Below, piece by piece: positions 46,256 through 56,730 of a DNA stretch of 64,000 nt. The notes below the pieces were generated by a model, which made no database searches, was not told the DNA's origin, and worked only from the letters and a program-made list of their open reading frames with translations. Position 1 is the stretch's first letter. The number at the start of each line of letters is the position of its first letter. The position numbers were made by a program, and so were the translations under genes. The DNA is from an uncultured Acetatifactor sp. (GTDB lineage Bacteria; Bacillota; Clostridia; Lachnospirales; Lachnospiraceae). The DNA lies in assembly GCA_910585615.1 (NCBI GenBank), contig CAJUFO010000003.1, positions 18,380 through 82,379 of the forward strand, read 5' to 3'.

Positions 46256-46283
46256 TTGACGCACAGAAGTTTTATGATATAAT
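46256..46283 (+). promoter_or_regulatory. rpsU promoter
   Basis: TTGACG-16 nt-TATAAT with extended TG. Confidence 0.7.
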
Positions 46284-46371
46284 AAAACTTGTGTATGGGC
46301 TATATGCGATACATAAAAAATAACCCAATCAGTCATGTTGCTTGAGGGACTGAAGGGAGGGTCGGGTGGAC

Positions 46372-46548
46372 ATGTCGAACGTAATCGTAAAAGAGAACGA
46401 AACATTGGACAGCGCATTGCGCCGTTTCAAGAGAAGTTGTGCGAAAGCTGGAATCCAGCAGGAGATTCGCAAGCGCGAGCATTACGAGAAGCCAAGCGTC
46501 AGACGTAAGAAGAAGTCTGAAGCTGCCAGGAAGCGCAAATATAATTAA
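46372..46548 (+). CDS. rpsU: 30S ribosomal protein S21
   Basis: [43 protein letters not shown]. Confidence 0.98.
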   Translation: MSNVIVKENETLDSALRRFKRSCAKAGIQQEIRKREHYEKPSVRRKKKSEAARKRKYN

Positions 46549-46555
46549 CCAGCTT

Positions 46556-46586
46556 ATCCCCAGCCCCTTAAAGGCTGGGGATTTCG
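46556..46586 (+). terminator. rpsU terminator
   Basis: ATCCCCAGCC...GGCTGGGGAT stem followed by T residues. Confidence 0.6.
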
Positions 46587-46692
46587 TGTCCGGGGTATCC
46601 TGCCCGCCGCTATTTCTGAGCCACAGGCATATATTCGGCTGCATCTTCATATTCTAGTGACAAAGATATGGAATATGGAGTGTGGCATTTTT

Positions 46693-47853
46693 ATGTTAAG
46701 AAAGAAGACTTTTGTGGCAGCCGTTCTGTCGCTTATGCTTTTCTTGACCACAGGACGGCCCGTAAGCGCCAATGTGGCGGTCTCTTCCCCATCCGTCATT
46801 CTGATAGAGAGCTCTACCGGCGAGGTGATTTACGAGCTGGACGCCACGGAGCGGAGGAGCCCTGCCAGCATTACGAAAATCATGACGCTCCTGCTCACCT
46901 TCGAAGCCATCGACAGCGGCAAGATAAGCCTGACAGACCAGGTAATCACCAGCGAGCATGCCAGTTCCATGGGTGGATCCCAGGTGTATCTGGCAGAAGG
47001 AGAGACCCAGACCCTGGACACCATGATCAAATGCATCGCTGTCTCCTCCGGAAATGACGCCAGCGTGGCGGTGGCGGAGCATATAGCGGGAAGCGAGGAG
47101 GCTTTCGTGGCCCTGATGAACGAGAAGGCCGCGGAACTGGGCATGGCGGACACGCATTTCGAGGACTGCTGCGGCTTAAGCGACTCAGACAACCACTATA
47201 CCTCCGCAAAGGACGTGGCAATCATGTCCAGGGAGCTGACCGTGAAGTATCCGGACATCTTCCACTATACCACCATCTGGATGGAGGACATCACCCATGA
47301 GACCAGGCAGGGCACGTCGTACTTTACCTTGAGCAGCACCAACAAGCTGCTGAAGCAGTACCAGTGGACCACCGGGTTGAAGACAGGATCCACCTCAAAG
47401 GCGAAGTACTGCATCTCCGCCACGGCATCCAAGGACGGCATCGACCTGATTGCGGTGGTGATGGGCGCGCCGGATTACAAGGCGCGCTTTGGGGACGCGC
47501 AGGCCCTACTCACCTACGGCTTCAGTGTGTGCAAGCTGTACATAGACGAAAACCAGGAGCCCCTTTCTCCTCTGCCCGTGGAGGGCGGCGTATCGGAGGA
47601 GGCGGGAATCGCTTATCAGGGAGAATTCCGTTTCCTGGATACAGCAGGCAGCGACCTGGAGGCGGTGGAGAAGGTACTGGAACTGCCGGAAGCGGTGCAG
47701 GCTCCCGTGGAAAAGGGGACGGAGGCCGGCAGGGCGCGCTATATGCTGAATGGCACGGAAATCGGCAGCACTCCCATCCTGTATGCGGAGGATGTGGAAA
47801 AGGCCAGCTATCCAGATTATCTGAGAAAAATATTTGGCTTTTTCCTTTTGTGA
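46693..47853 (+). CDS. D-alanyl-D-alanine carboxypeptidase (S11, DacF-like)
   Basis: PASITKIMT (SxxK), SGN and GLKTGST. Confidence 0.93.
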   Translation: MLRKKTFVAAVLSLMLFLTTGRPVSANVAVSSPSVILIESSTGEVIYELDATERRSPASITKIMTLLLTFEAIDSGKISLTDQVITSEHASSMGGSQVYLAEGETQTLDTMIKCIAVSSGNDASVAVAEHIAGSEEAFVALMNEKAAELGMADTHFEDCCGLSDSDNHYTSAKDVAIMSRELTVKYPDIFHYTTIWMEDITHETRQGTSYFTLSSTNKLLKQYQWTTGLKTGSTSKAKYCISATASKDGIDLIAVVMGAPDYKARFGDAQALLTYGFSVCKLYIDENQEPLSPLPVEGGVSEEAGIAYQGEFRFLDTAGSDLEAVEKVLELPEAVQAPVEKGTEAGRARYMLNGTEIGSTPILYAEDVEKASYPDYLRKIFGFFLL

Positions 47854-47962
47854 TATGCTATAATGTTCTAGACTCCGGTCTTTGGAGACTAAGGCCGGAG
47901 GGATGGAGAAAGGGCGGAAGGGCAATTCTTCATCCCTCCGGCGGATTCAGGAAAGGGAATAC

Positions 47963-48838
47963 ATGACGGACATCTTGTTCACCATCATCGTGGCAGCGGC
48001 ACTGGTGCTGTTCTGGGTGATGCTATATGACACGAACCGCTTTGTGGTCAGGAACCATGTGGTGACAGACCTCCGAATCAGGCGCGGATGCAGGGCAGTG
48101 CTCCTGACGGATCTGCACAATAAATGTTACGGAAAAGGGAACGAAAGGCTTCTTGCGGCGATTCGCGGCCAGAAGCCGGATTTCATATTGATTGCCGGCG
48201 ATCTTCTGACTGCCAATGCCAAGACGCCGCTTGATCCTGTGCTGCAGCTCCTGGAAAAGCTGGTCGAAATGTGCCCCGTCTACTACGCCAATGGGAACCA
48301 TGAGCAGCGACTGCGGGAACACACCGAATACTATGGGAACATGGCGGAGCAGTATAGGGTGGCCCTGAAGAGAATCGGCATAGAGCCCATGGTGAACAGC
48401 CATGTGAATCTGCCGGAGCTTGGCCTCGCCGTTTATGGGGCCGAACTTGATATGGAATATTATAAGCGCTTCCACATTGGGCATATGCCGCCGGACTATC
48501 TGCCGCGTATTCTGGGACAGGCCTCCAAGGATATGTACACCGTGCTGCTGGCCCACAATCCGGATTATTTTCCACAGTACGCCGCATGGGGGGCCGATTT
48601 GACGCTCTCCGGCCATGTGCATGGGGGCGTGGCCCGGGTGCCGTTTTGGGGCAAGGGGGTGCTTGCGCCCTCCTGGCATGTTTTCCCGAAATATGACGGC
48701 GGCGTCTTCAAAGAAGGAGATGCGTTCATGGTTCTGAGCAGAGGGCTGGGGAGCCATACCATTCCCGTAAGGGTCTTCAACCCCGGAGAACTGTGGGTAG
48801 TAGACTTCCGGCCTGGGGAAACGGATGTTCTTTCTTGA
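47963..48838 (+). CDS. Metallophosphoesterase (YkuE-like)
   Basis: TDLH, AGD, GNHE, LAHNP, LSGHVHGG and SRGLG. Confidence 0.92.
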   Translation: MTDILFTIIVAAALVLFWVMLYDTNRFVVRNHVVTDLRIRRGCRAVLLTDLHNKCYGKGNERLLAAIRGQKPDFILIAGDLLTANAKTPLDPVLQLLEKLVEMCPVYYANGNHEQRLREHTEYYGNMAEQYRVALKRIGIEPMVNSHVNLPELGLAVYGAELDMEYYKRFHIGHMPPDYLPRILGQASKDMYTVLLAHNPDYFPQYAAWGADLTLSGHVHGGVARVPFWGKGVLAPSWHVFPKYDGGVFKEGDAFMVLSRGLGSHTIPVRVFNPGELWVVDFRPGETDVLS

Positions 48839-48909
48839 AAAGCCGCGGTAAAAGCGTTAAAATGATGTCCTGGGCCGTGTGTAGAGAAAGGGCCCTGAGT
48901 GAGGAGACA

Positions 48910-49662
48910 ATGGCGATACCGATAAAGCTGGAAGCTTTCGAAGGCCCGCTTGACCTTCTGCTTCATCTGATAGAAAAGAATAAGATTGACATCTATGATA
49001 TCCCCATCGTGGAAATCACGGCGCAGTATCTGGACTACATCAGGCAGATGGAGACCAACGACATGAACGTGATGAGCGAGTTCCTGGTGATGGCGGCTAC
49101 CCTGATTGACATCAAGTGCAGGATGCTGCTGCCCAAGGAAGTGGACGAGGAGGGCGAGGAGGAAGACCCCAGGGCCGAGCTGGTGCAGAAGCTATTGGAG
49201 TACAAGCTCTATAAATATATGTCCCTGGAGCTGCGGGACCGCCAGGTGGACGCGGCCAAGAACCTGTACCGGGAGCAGAAGCTTCCGCCGGAGGTGGCAT
49301 TGTACAAGCCTCCGCTGGACTACGACCAGCTTATAGGAGATATGACGCTGAGCCGTCTGCATGAGATCTTCAAGACGATTATCCGCCGTCAGGAGGAGAA
49401 AATCGACCCCATCCGGAGCCGCTACGGCAATATCGAAAAGGAGGAGATCGATATGGACGTGAAGCTCCTCTATGTGGAGGCCTACGCCCGGGAACACAGA
49501 CATTTCAGCTTCCGGAGGCTCCTGGAGAAGCAGGCCAGCAAGATGGAGATCATCGTCACCTTCCTGATCGTCCTGGAGCTGATGAAGACGGGACGGATTT
49601 CCATCAATCAGGAAAATCTTTTTGACGATATCATGATAACGTGGATGCCGGTTCCGGCCTAG
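48910..49662 (+). CDS. scpA: Segregation and condensation protein A
   Basis: FEGPLDLLLHLI...DIPI and EIIVTFLIVLELMK. Confidence 0.96.
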   Translation: MAIPIKLEAFEGPLDLLLHLIEKNKIDIYDIPIVEITAQYLDYIRQMETNDMNVMSEFLVMAATLIDIKCRMLLPKEVDEEGEEEDPRAELVQKLLEYKLYKYMSLELRDRQVDAAKNLYREQKLPPEVALYKPPLDYDQLIGDMTLSRLHEIFKTIIRRQEEKIDPIRSRYGNIEKEEIDMDVKLLYVEAYAREHRHFSFRRLLEKQASKMEIIVTFLIVLELMKTGRISINQENLFDDIMITWMPVPA

Positions 49663-49743
49663 CCGGGGCGGAGGATTTCGCCCGTGTGGCGCAGGTCCCT
49701 GCAGGGCATCCGGCAATGTCCGGGACAGGAAGGAGCGGCGGGA

Positions 49744-50313
49744 ATGAAGAGGAAGAGAGCGGAAGCGGTCATCGAGGCGGTGCTGTTCACCATGGGGGAA
49801 TCCGTGGAGATCGGCCGCCTGGCCGATGTGATAGAAGAGGACGTGAAGACGTTGACGGATATCCTGAAAGGCATGGAGGAGCGCTATGCCAGGGAAGACA
49901 GGGGCATCACGCTGGTGCGGTTCGAGGATTCCGTCCAGCTGTGCACCAAGGAGGACATGTACGAATATCTGGTGAAGATCGCCAAGGTGCCGAAGAAGAT
50001 GAGCCTCACCGATACGGTGCTGGAGACCCTCTCCATCATCGCCTACAAGCAGCCCGTGACCAGGGCGGAGATAGAGCGGGTGCGGGGCGTAAACTGCGAT
50101 CATGCCATCAACAAGCTGCTGGAATACGACCTGATCGCGGAGCTGGGAAGGCTGGACGCGCCGGGCAGGCCCCTGCTCTTCGGCACCACGGAACAGTTCC
50201 TGCGCTGCTTCGGCGTGGGGAAGCTGGAGGAGCTGCCGGAGCTGAACCCTGTCCAGATAGAGGAGTTCAAGCAGCAGGCCGAGGCCGAGGTGCAGCTCCA
50301 GCTGGATGTCTGA
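49744..50313 (+). CDS. scpB: Segregation and condensation protein B
   Basis: IEAVLF, LETLSIIAYKQPVTRAEIERVRGVN and GRPLLFGTT. Confidence 0.96.
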   Translation: MKRKRAEAVIEAVLFTMGESVEIGRLADVIEEDVKTLTDILKGMEERYAREDRGITLVRFEDSVQLCTKEDMYEYLVKIAKVPKKMSLTDTVLETLSIIAYKQPVTRAEIERVRGVNCDHAINKLLEYDLIAELGRLDAPGRPLLFGTTEQFLRCFGVGKLEELPELNPVQIEEFKQQAEAEVQLQLDV

Positions 50314-50389
50314 GATTGGGCCATGCCTACAAACATAAAACGGAAACAAAGCCTCATATATTATTAAAAATCCCATTGGAAGTAAGACC

Positions 50390-51763
50390 ATGAAAATGCG
50401 GATGAAGAAAATAATAGGGGGCTTTTTCTGCGCCTGCTGCCTGCTGCTCTCAGACATGGGCCTTCGGGCGGACGCGGCGGAGGGCGCCCCCGGGGAGCTG
50501 TACGCCACCGCCGCGGTCCTGATGGACGCCGATTCCGGGCGGGTGCTCTACGGCAAGAACGAGGAGGCCGTCATGGCCATGGCCAGCACGACGAAGATCA
50601 TGACCTGCATCCTGGTCCTGGAGAACGCCTCCCCCGATGACACCCTCACCGTGTCCGCCTATGCCGCCAGCATGCCCAAGGTCAAGTTGTACATACAAAA
50701 GGGGGAGCAGTATACCGTCCACGACCTGCTGCACTCCCTGATGCTGGAGTCCCATAACGACACGGCGGTGGCCCTGGCCGAATACATAGGCAAGCAGCAT
50801 CTGCCGGAGCAGCTTCGGGAAAAGGACACCGCCGAATATACGGCGGAGGAGAGCAAGGCGGCCGTGGCGGCCTTCGCTGCCCTGATGAACAGGAAGGCGG
50901 CAGAGCTGGGCTGTGAGGACACCTGGTTCATCACGCCCAACGGCCTGGACGCCACCGAGACGCTTAGACTTGCGGACGGCAGCACGGTGCAGAAGGAGCA
51001 CTGCACCACGGCCAGGGAGCTGGCCAGGATTCTGGCATACTGCATCAGGCAGTCGCCCAAGAGGCAGGAGTTCCTGGACATCACAAGGGCCCCGAGCTAC
51101 GGCTTTTCCGCCAATGGGCGCAGCTTCTCCTGCACCAACCACAATGCCTTCCTCACCATGATGGACGGGGCCCTCACCGGGAAGACCGGCTTCACCAACA
51201 AGGCCGGATACTGCTACGTGGGCGCGCTGGAGCGGGACGGCAGGACCTTCGTGGTGGCGCTACTGGCCTGCGGCTGGCCGAACAACAAGGGATATAAATG
51301 GACGGATACTCGCAAGCTCATGCAGTACGGCATCGACAATTATTTTTACAGGAGCTTTTCCGACCAGGGAGTGGCCTTTGACGAAAGCAGGCTGAAGCCC
51401 ATTCCCGTGCAGAACGGTCGGACGGATCTCCTGAACGCCATAGCCTACACGGACGTAGTGATTTCCGGAAGGACAGAGGGCCAGAATGGCGGCCCCGGCC
51501 AGGGCGAAGCGGCTGCAGAAGAGGGCGGCGGGGGCCTGGACGGGCTGCTCCTGCGCCCGAACGAGAAGATTCAGGTAAGGTACAGCATGAAGGACTCCCT
51601 GACAGCCCCTGTGGAGGCGGGGAGCGTAGTGGGGAAGGTGGAATATATGGTGGACGGCATCCTGTATAAGCAGGAGAGCATCGTCACCGAGGACGCGGTG
51701 GAGGCCATCGACCTTAGATGGTGCGCCGAGCAGATCTGGCGGCGTTTTCTGTGCACAGGATAA
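50390..51763 (+). CDS. D-alanyl-D-alanine carboxypeptidase (S11, DacB-like)
   Basis: MASTTKIMT, SHND, TPNGLD and GKTGFT. Confidence 0.92.
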   Translation: MKMRMKKIIGGFFCACCLLLSDMGLRADAAEGAPGELYATAAVLMDADSGRVLYGKNEEAVMAMASTTKIMTCILVLENASPDDTLTVSAYAASMPKVKLYIQKGEQYTVHDLLHSLMLESHNDTAVALAEYIGKQHLPEQLREKDTAEYTAEESKAAVAAFAALMNRKAAELGCEDTWFITPNGLDATETLRLADGSTVQKEHCTTARELARILAYCIRQSPKRQEFLDITRAPSYGFSANGRSFSCTNHNAFLTMMDGALTGKTGFTNKAGYCYVGALERDGRTFVVALLACGWPNNKGYKWTDTRKLMQYGIDNYFYRSFSDQGVAFDESRLKPIPVQNGRTDLLNAIAYTDVVISGRTEGQNGGPGQGEAAAEEGGGGLDGLLLRPNEKIQVRYSMKDSLTAPVEAGSVVGKVEYMVDGILYKQESIVTEDAVEAIDLRWCAEQIWRRFLCTG

Positions 51764-51786
51764 TCTCCGTAATGCTCCGTGAGTTA

Positions 51787-51817
51787 TCTCCTGGCCCGCT
51801 CCGTCGCGGGCAGGAGA
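51787..51817. repeat. REP-like palindrome
   Basis: TCTCCTG(G)CCCGC-TCCGTC-GCGGGCAGGAGA. Confidence 0.55.
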
Positions 51818-51824
51818 GTCTGCG

Positions 51825-51950
51825 ATGCTGAAGGCCCATGCTAATCCGAACAGCACTTCCGACCTAGTGGTGCGGGTGACAGGATATTCCGCTTTCTTCT
51901 CTTCTCTGTTGCCGAATACAGGTAACAGACCATGGACAGGAGCCGGCCCT
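51825..51950 (+). pseudogene. Glycyl-radical enzyme C-terminal remnant
   Basis: LKAHANP...DLVVRVTGYSAFFSSL (RVxGY motif, Gly codon at 51882-51884), followed by a frameshift and an in-frame stop in the expected PEYRQQ.VDR tail. Confidence 0.7.
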
Positions 51951-52237
51951 GACAAGTCCCAGGGCCTCGAACTTACGTCCGTCTGGCTTGACGACGATTC
52001 TATCGTCTATATGGATGCCAGGGTCATGCGAGGCCTGCCTGCGGACAAAGGACGATAGGATTTCAGGGCCTTTTGGGGAAAGCCTTTTTTCAGGTGTCTG
52101 GTGAGGCGCTCTACGTAATTGACTTTTTGGGGCTTTTCATGGAGCTGGTCCAGAAAGGATTCCTTATATTTTTTTGGTTTTTGGTTAATCAGTACCTCTA
52201 ATCCGTATTCATGTGGATAAAGCTGCGGAAACTCAAG

Positions 52238-52277
52238 GAAATTCATGCTTGCCTGTCACCTCATTATGATATATAAT
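52238..52277 (+). repeat. Left 40-bp direct repeat (copy of the zapA promoter)
   Basis: GAAATTCATGCTTGCCTGTCACCTCATTATGATATATAAT; 38/40 identical to 61446-61485; contains TTGCCT-17 nt-TATAAT. Confidence 0.9.
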
Positions 52278-52456
52278 CAAAAAAATCGAGGCTGTAAAGA
52301 TTGTGGCGTTAGCTTCTGAAGGTGGGACGTTCTATAATTACCAGAAAGGACTCGCGGAGGCACTGACTATAGCTATGTGGGAATCCGGGAAGCACAAGGC
52401 CGGTGTGGGGGTGCGGACAGGAATAGGTGGGGACAATTATGGCATGTGCAGGTAAA

Positions 52457-54094
52457 ATGAAGGAACTGGCAAATTCCGTTGTCACGAAAATCACCCTGCT
52501 CATCATAGGGATTGTGTTCCCCATGAATATTTTGCTGATAGTGGTTACGAAAAATTCCATAGACACCATTACAAGCCAGACCATTACTGCAAATGAGAAT
52601 ATGCTGAACAACTACCAGATGCAGATTGATAAGGACATGGAGGCCATAGACAGGTTCCTCTACAGCATGACCAAAGACGGAACCCATTTCCTGCGCCTGA
52701 CGCAGGCCAAGGGGGAGGATGAGAAGAAGCTGACCAGGTACAACCTAAACAATGAATTCGGGAATCTGCTCTATCTGTATGACAGGGCAGGAGGGGTATT
52801 CTGTGTGAAAGAGGAGGAGATTCTGCTCCATGTGAGAAGCTCTCTTTTGATGGAGGAAGAAGTACTGCAATCTTATCTTGCTGCGGCAGAGCATCTGGAA
52901 ACGGCACGGCAGTGGACCATTCTGCAGATCGGGGACAGGCAGTATCTGGTTCATGTCTTCAAACAGAACAATGCCTATGTAGGCGCTCTGATATTTGTGG
53001 AGTATGTGGTGGGGGAACTGGAGGCCTTGATAGAGTACAGGGATAAGCAGGTATATCTGATGCCAGAGCAGGCAGCCTGCCAGAAGGATACAGAACTTGG
53101 CATTTATTCCAGCTCCAGACTGAACCAGACGGGAATCTGTTTTTCCGTGATTCTAAAGCGGAGTGAAATACTGGAAAATCTGCCTATGTTGCAAAAGCTG
53201 AATTATTACCTCGCCATTGTATTGCTTTTTTCCGTGCCCCTGCTCTTGGTCATGCTGTACAAGATTTTGATTCAGCCGCTTCAGAGAATTAACCGTGCCT
53301 TGGACAGCATCCAGGATGAATCTATGGACTACCGGATTCGGGCCTGTAAGACTTCGGCGGAATTCGACCATATTAACCAGGCATTCAACCTGATGATGAA
53401 CAGAATCGTCTACCTAAAGATACAGAACTATGAGCAGATGATGGAGAAGCACCAGGTGGAGACCACAAATATGCTGTTGCAGGTGAGGCCTCATTTCTTG
53501 CTGAATGCCTTCCATCTAATCTATAACTTGGCGCAGATGGAAGATTACGTGGGAGTACAGAAGATGGCTGCATGTCTGACTACGTATTACCGGGAAGGGG
53601 TGCGGGAGAAGGTGGACTTCAGGACGGTGGGGGCCGAGATGGCCTTTGTGGAAAATTACCTGGAGATTGCGCGGATGCGGTATCCGGACTGTTTCGAAGT
53701 GGAGGAACAGATAGAGGACAGCGTCAGGGAAAAAAATATTCCTGTCATGCTGATTTATACCTTTGTGGAGAATGCCATATCCCACCTGGTGAGTTTCGGC
53801 AGCTTCCTTACCATCCGTATACAAGTTATCTGGCGGAACGGAAAAATATGGATTGAGGTGTGTGATGACGGGGAGGGAATCCCGGAGGACATCCTGGAGC
53901 AGATCAACCGTGGAGATGTCATTGTAAAGAACGGGGAACAACATATCGGATATTGGAATTGTAGGAAACGCCTTGCCATGCTCTATGGCAAGGAGGCCGT
54001 GCTGGCGGTGGAATCTGTCCGGTCGCAGGGGACCAGGGTCCGGATTGAGCTTCCGAATCAGACGGAGTATGCAGATACAGGAGGACATGTATGA
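52457..54094 (+). CDS. YesM-like sensor histidine kinase (HAMP, His_kinase)
   Basis: LQVRPHFLLNAF, ENAISH, DDGEGIP and HIGYWN. Alternative GTG start at 52427. Confidence 0.9.
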   Translation: MKELANSVVTKITLLIIGIVFPMNILLIVVTKNSIDTITSQTITANENMLNNYQMQIDKDMEAIDRFLYSMTKDGTHFLRLTQAKGEDEKKLTRYNLNNEFGNLLYLYDRAGGVFCVKEEEILLHVRSSLLMEEEVLQSYLAAAEHLETARQWTILQIGDRQYLVHVFKQNNAYVGALIFVEYVVGELEALIEYRDKQVYLMPEQAACQKDTELGIYSSSRLNQTGICFSVILKRSEILENLPMLQKLNYYLAIVLLFSVPLLLVMLYKILIQPLQRINRALDSIQDESMDYRIRACKTSAEFDHINQAFNLMMNRIVYLKIQNYEQMMEKHQVETTNMLLQVRPHFLLNAFHLIYNLAQMEDYVGVQKMAACLTTYYREGVREKVDFRTVGAEMAFVENYLEIARMRYPDCFEVEEQIEDSVREKNIPVMLIYTFVENAISHLVSFGSFLTIRIQVIWRNGKIWIEVCDDGEGIPEDILEQINRGDVIVKNGEQHIGYWNCRKRLAMLYGKEAVLAVESVRSQGTRVRIELPNQTEYADTGGHV

Positions 54095-54900
54095 AGCTGC
54101 TGCTGGTAGATGATGAACCCATATCCATGAACCAGATAATCCAGGGGGTGGACTGGGCTTCCTGCAATGTCAATGCGGTCTACATTGCGTACAATGCCAG
54201 GGAGGCCAGGGAAATCTGCGCCAGAGAGCAGATACACATCCTGTTGTGTGACATTGAGATGCCAGGGGAAAACGGGATAGAGCTGGTGCGCCATGTCAGG
54301 GAACAGTACCCAGAGATTGTCTGTCTCTTTCTCACCTGCCATGCGGATTTTGCATATGCCAGGGAGGCCGTCCGCTTAGGCTGCAGCGAGTATTTTGTAA
54401 AGCCGGCTCCCTATGAGGAGATTGCCCGGACCCTTCTTCGGATATCCAGGGAAATCCGGGATGCGGAGGAATACAGACAGCTGGTCATCTATGGCAGACA
54501 ATGGGTGGCCAGCAAAAAAGAGGAAATTGTTGCTGGGACTACCAGAAAGATGGAACCGGCTGAAATCGTGGAGAAGGTAGAGCGCATGGTGTTGGAGCAT
54601 CTGTCTGGAGAAATCTATGTGGAGAAAATCGCAGGAGAGATTTTCCTGTCTCCAGACCATCTGAACCGCATCTTCAAAAAGGAGAAGGGCATCTCCATTA
54701 ATAAATTCATCATCGGGGAGCGGATGAAGATGGCGGCCCGTATGCTCCGGGAGACGGATGTGACGGCCTACATGATTGCAGAGGCTGTCGGTTATGCAAA
54801 TTACCCGAATTTTGTGAATATGTTTAAGAAATTTTACGGGATTTCCCCTATGGGATATAAAGAACAGATGGAAAAAGGAAAAAATGTCGGAAATGAATAA
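54091..54900 (+). CDS. YesN-like response regulator with an AraC HTH
   Basis: LLVDDE, CDIEMPG, FLTCHADF.YA..A and the AraC HTH LSPDHLNRIFKKE...FKKFYGISP. Confidence 0.93.
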   Translation: MKLLLVDDEPISMNQIIQGVDWASCNVNAVYIAYNAREAREICAREQIHILLCDIEMPGENGIELVRHVREQYPEIVCLFLTCHADFAYAREAVRLGCSEYFVKPAPYEEIARTLLRISREIRDAEEYRQLVIYGRQWVASKKEEIVAGTTRKMEPAEIVEKVERMVLEHLSGEIYVEKIAGEIFLSPDHLNRIFKKEKGISINKFIIGERMKMAARMLRETDVTAYMIAEAVGYANYPNFVNMFKKFYGISPMGYKEQMEKGKNVGNE

Positions 54901-55046
54901 GCAGATAACGGATAGGGATATGGTAAAATTGCCATGTCCCTTTTATGATGGAGGTGTAACAGTAAAACTCCATATGCACGGGTATACTAGATGACGGCAA
55001 ATCTTCATGCATCTTGTATATGGATTGGAAAAACGGAGGATGAACA

Positions 55047-56630
55047 ATGAGAAAACGGTGGTTTGCAATGTGTCTGGCCGGGATGATGACCGTGATGACG
55101 GCGCTCACTGGCTGTGGGACGGATGGGGGAAAGGAGGAATCTGATTCCGCGCAGCAAAGCAGTGCGGAAACCGGACAGAGCAGCGAAGAAAGCCAGGAAG
55201 ACGTATCGGATACCGATGCCGGAGAGGAACCTTTTGAGATGGTAATGTCATATATCCATCCGGGTACCATCCCAAAAGATCTGCAGATGGTGGAAGATGC
55301 TTTGAACGAGATTACCATACCTGAGATCAATGTAAAGGTCACATTATATCCCATCTCTATCGGGGAACACCAGTCTAAGTACAACATGATGATCTCTTCC
55401 GGGGAAAAACTGGATTTGATTTGCGTCCTGTTTGACGGAGGCCCGGGCATCTATGTGAACAAGGGACAACTTCTGGAACTGGATGAATTGTTTGAAAAGT
55501 ACGGTGCGGATGTGGAGGCTGCCGAGGGCGTTGCCATGGCGGGAGGATATTTCAATGGCAAACTGTATGCCATTCCTGATGAGGAATTTATGGGAAGACG
55601 CTATGGATTTGTAGGAAGGCAGGATATCCTGGACAAGTATGAATTTGACGAATATGAGGATGCCACATATGAAGATCTGGATGCTTTCTTTGCCAGAGTG
55701 AAGGCGGGGGAAGGGGAGGATTTCTATATCTTCAACAATGTGGGCGGTGTCAGTACCATTGGCAATTTCATGCTGACAGATAAGCTTGGGGCCTCCACTG
55801 CCTCGGGAGTATTGATGAATGGCGGCAGGGATGACACCCAGATTACAAACCTGTATGCCACAGAGGAATATAAGGAACATCTGAAATGGATGCGGAAATG
55901 GTACGAGGCAGGATATTTCCCAAAGGACTGCATCACCATGACAGACAGCCAGGTGGATCTGATGCGGTCGGGGCATTACCTAGGATGCTTTAACTCTGTG
56001 AGCCCCATTATGGATTCCCTCTGTACCCAGGACTATGGGTACTTAATGAAGTCAATCTATATCACGGATATCTATGCGGCGACAGAGCTTTACCAGATTT
56101 CCCAGTGGGGTCTGCCAATTACCTGCGAGAATCCAGAGAAGACCATGGAATTTGTGAATCTCATGTTCAAGGATGTGAATGTGGCAAATCTTCTGCGGTA
56201 TGGCATTGAGGATGTCCACTGGGTGAAGACGGACAAGGAAGGAATCATCACTTTCCCGGAAGGGCTGGATGCCAATACCTGCGGGTATGTGAATACTCTG
56301 GGACTGTATGGAGACAAGAGCCGGATTTATCAGTGGGAACCTGCTGAGCCAGAAATTTTCGAAGACCTGAGGGAATATAATGCCCAGATTCTGAACAGTG
56401 CAGATAAGCAGTCCAAAGCTCTGGGATATTGTTTCAATACAGAGCCGGTACAGGCAGAATATGCGGCAGTTTCCACAGTAGTGGGCCAGTACGTGCCTGC
56501 CTTAGAAACAGGGAGCGTGAATCCGGATGTAGTGCTTCCGGAATTCCTGGAGGCTCTGGAGGCAGCGGGAATCCAGGAATGTATCGCGGAGAATCAGAAG
56601 CAGCTGAATCAGTGGCTGGAGGCAAGATAA
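55047..56630 (+). CDS. Sugar ABC substrate-binding lipoprotein (DUF3502-type)
   Basis: Lipobox ALTGC, ISSGEKLDL, NLLRYGIEDVHW and the C-terminal L..AG...IAE.QKQLN.W tail. Confidence 0.9.
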   Translation: MRKRWFAMCLAGMMTVMTALTGCGTDGGKEESDSAQQSSAETGQSSEESQEDVSDTDAGEEPFEMVMSYIHPGTIPKDLQMVEDALNEITIPEINVKVTLYPISIGEHQSKYNMMISSGEKLDLICVLFDGGPGIYVNKGQLLELDELFEKYGADVEAAEGVAMAGGYFNGKLYAIPDEEFMGRRYGFVGRQDILDKYEFDEYEDATYEDLDAFFARVKAGEGEDFYIFNNVGGVSTIGNFMLTDKLGASTASGVLMNGGRDDTQITNLYATEEYKEHLKWMRKWYEAGYFPKDCITMTDSQVDLMRSGHYLGCFNSVSPIMDSLCTQDYGYLMKSIYITDIYAATELYQISQWGLPITCENPEKTMEFVNLMFKDVNVANLLRYGIEDVHWVKTDKEGIITFPEGLDANTCGYVNTLGLYGDKSRIYQWEPAEPEIFEDLREYNAQILNSADKQSKALGYCFNTEPVQAEYAAVSTVVGQYVPALETGSVNPDVVLPEFLEALEAAGIQECIAENQKQLNQWLEAR

Positions 56631-56730
56631 GGAATCATCCAGAGAGTAGCGTCTGACGGTGCCTAAAAAAGAAGTTCAGGGGTGTTGCAGGCTGTACCTG
56701 TAATCCCCCTGGCCCGGGAGGGAGGAATCA

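Noticed and set aside
52007-52246. 79-aa minus-strand ORF overlapping the left direct repeat
   Set aside because: No clear RBS or recognisable motif, and its start lies inside the promoter copy. It could be a remnant, but I cannot support a call.
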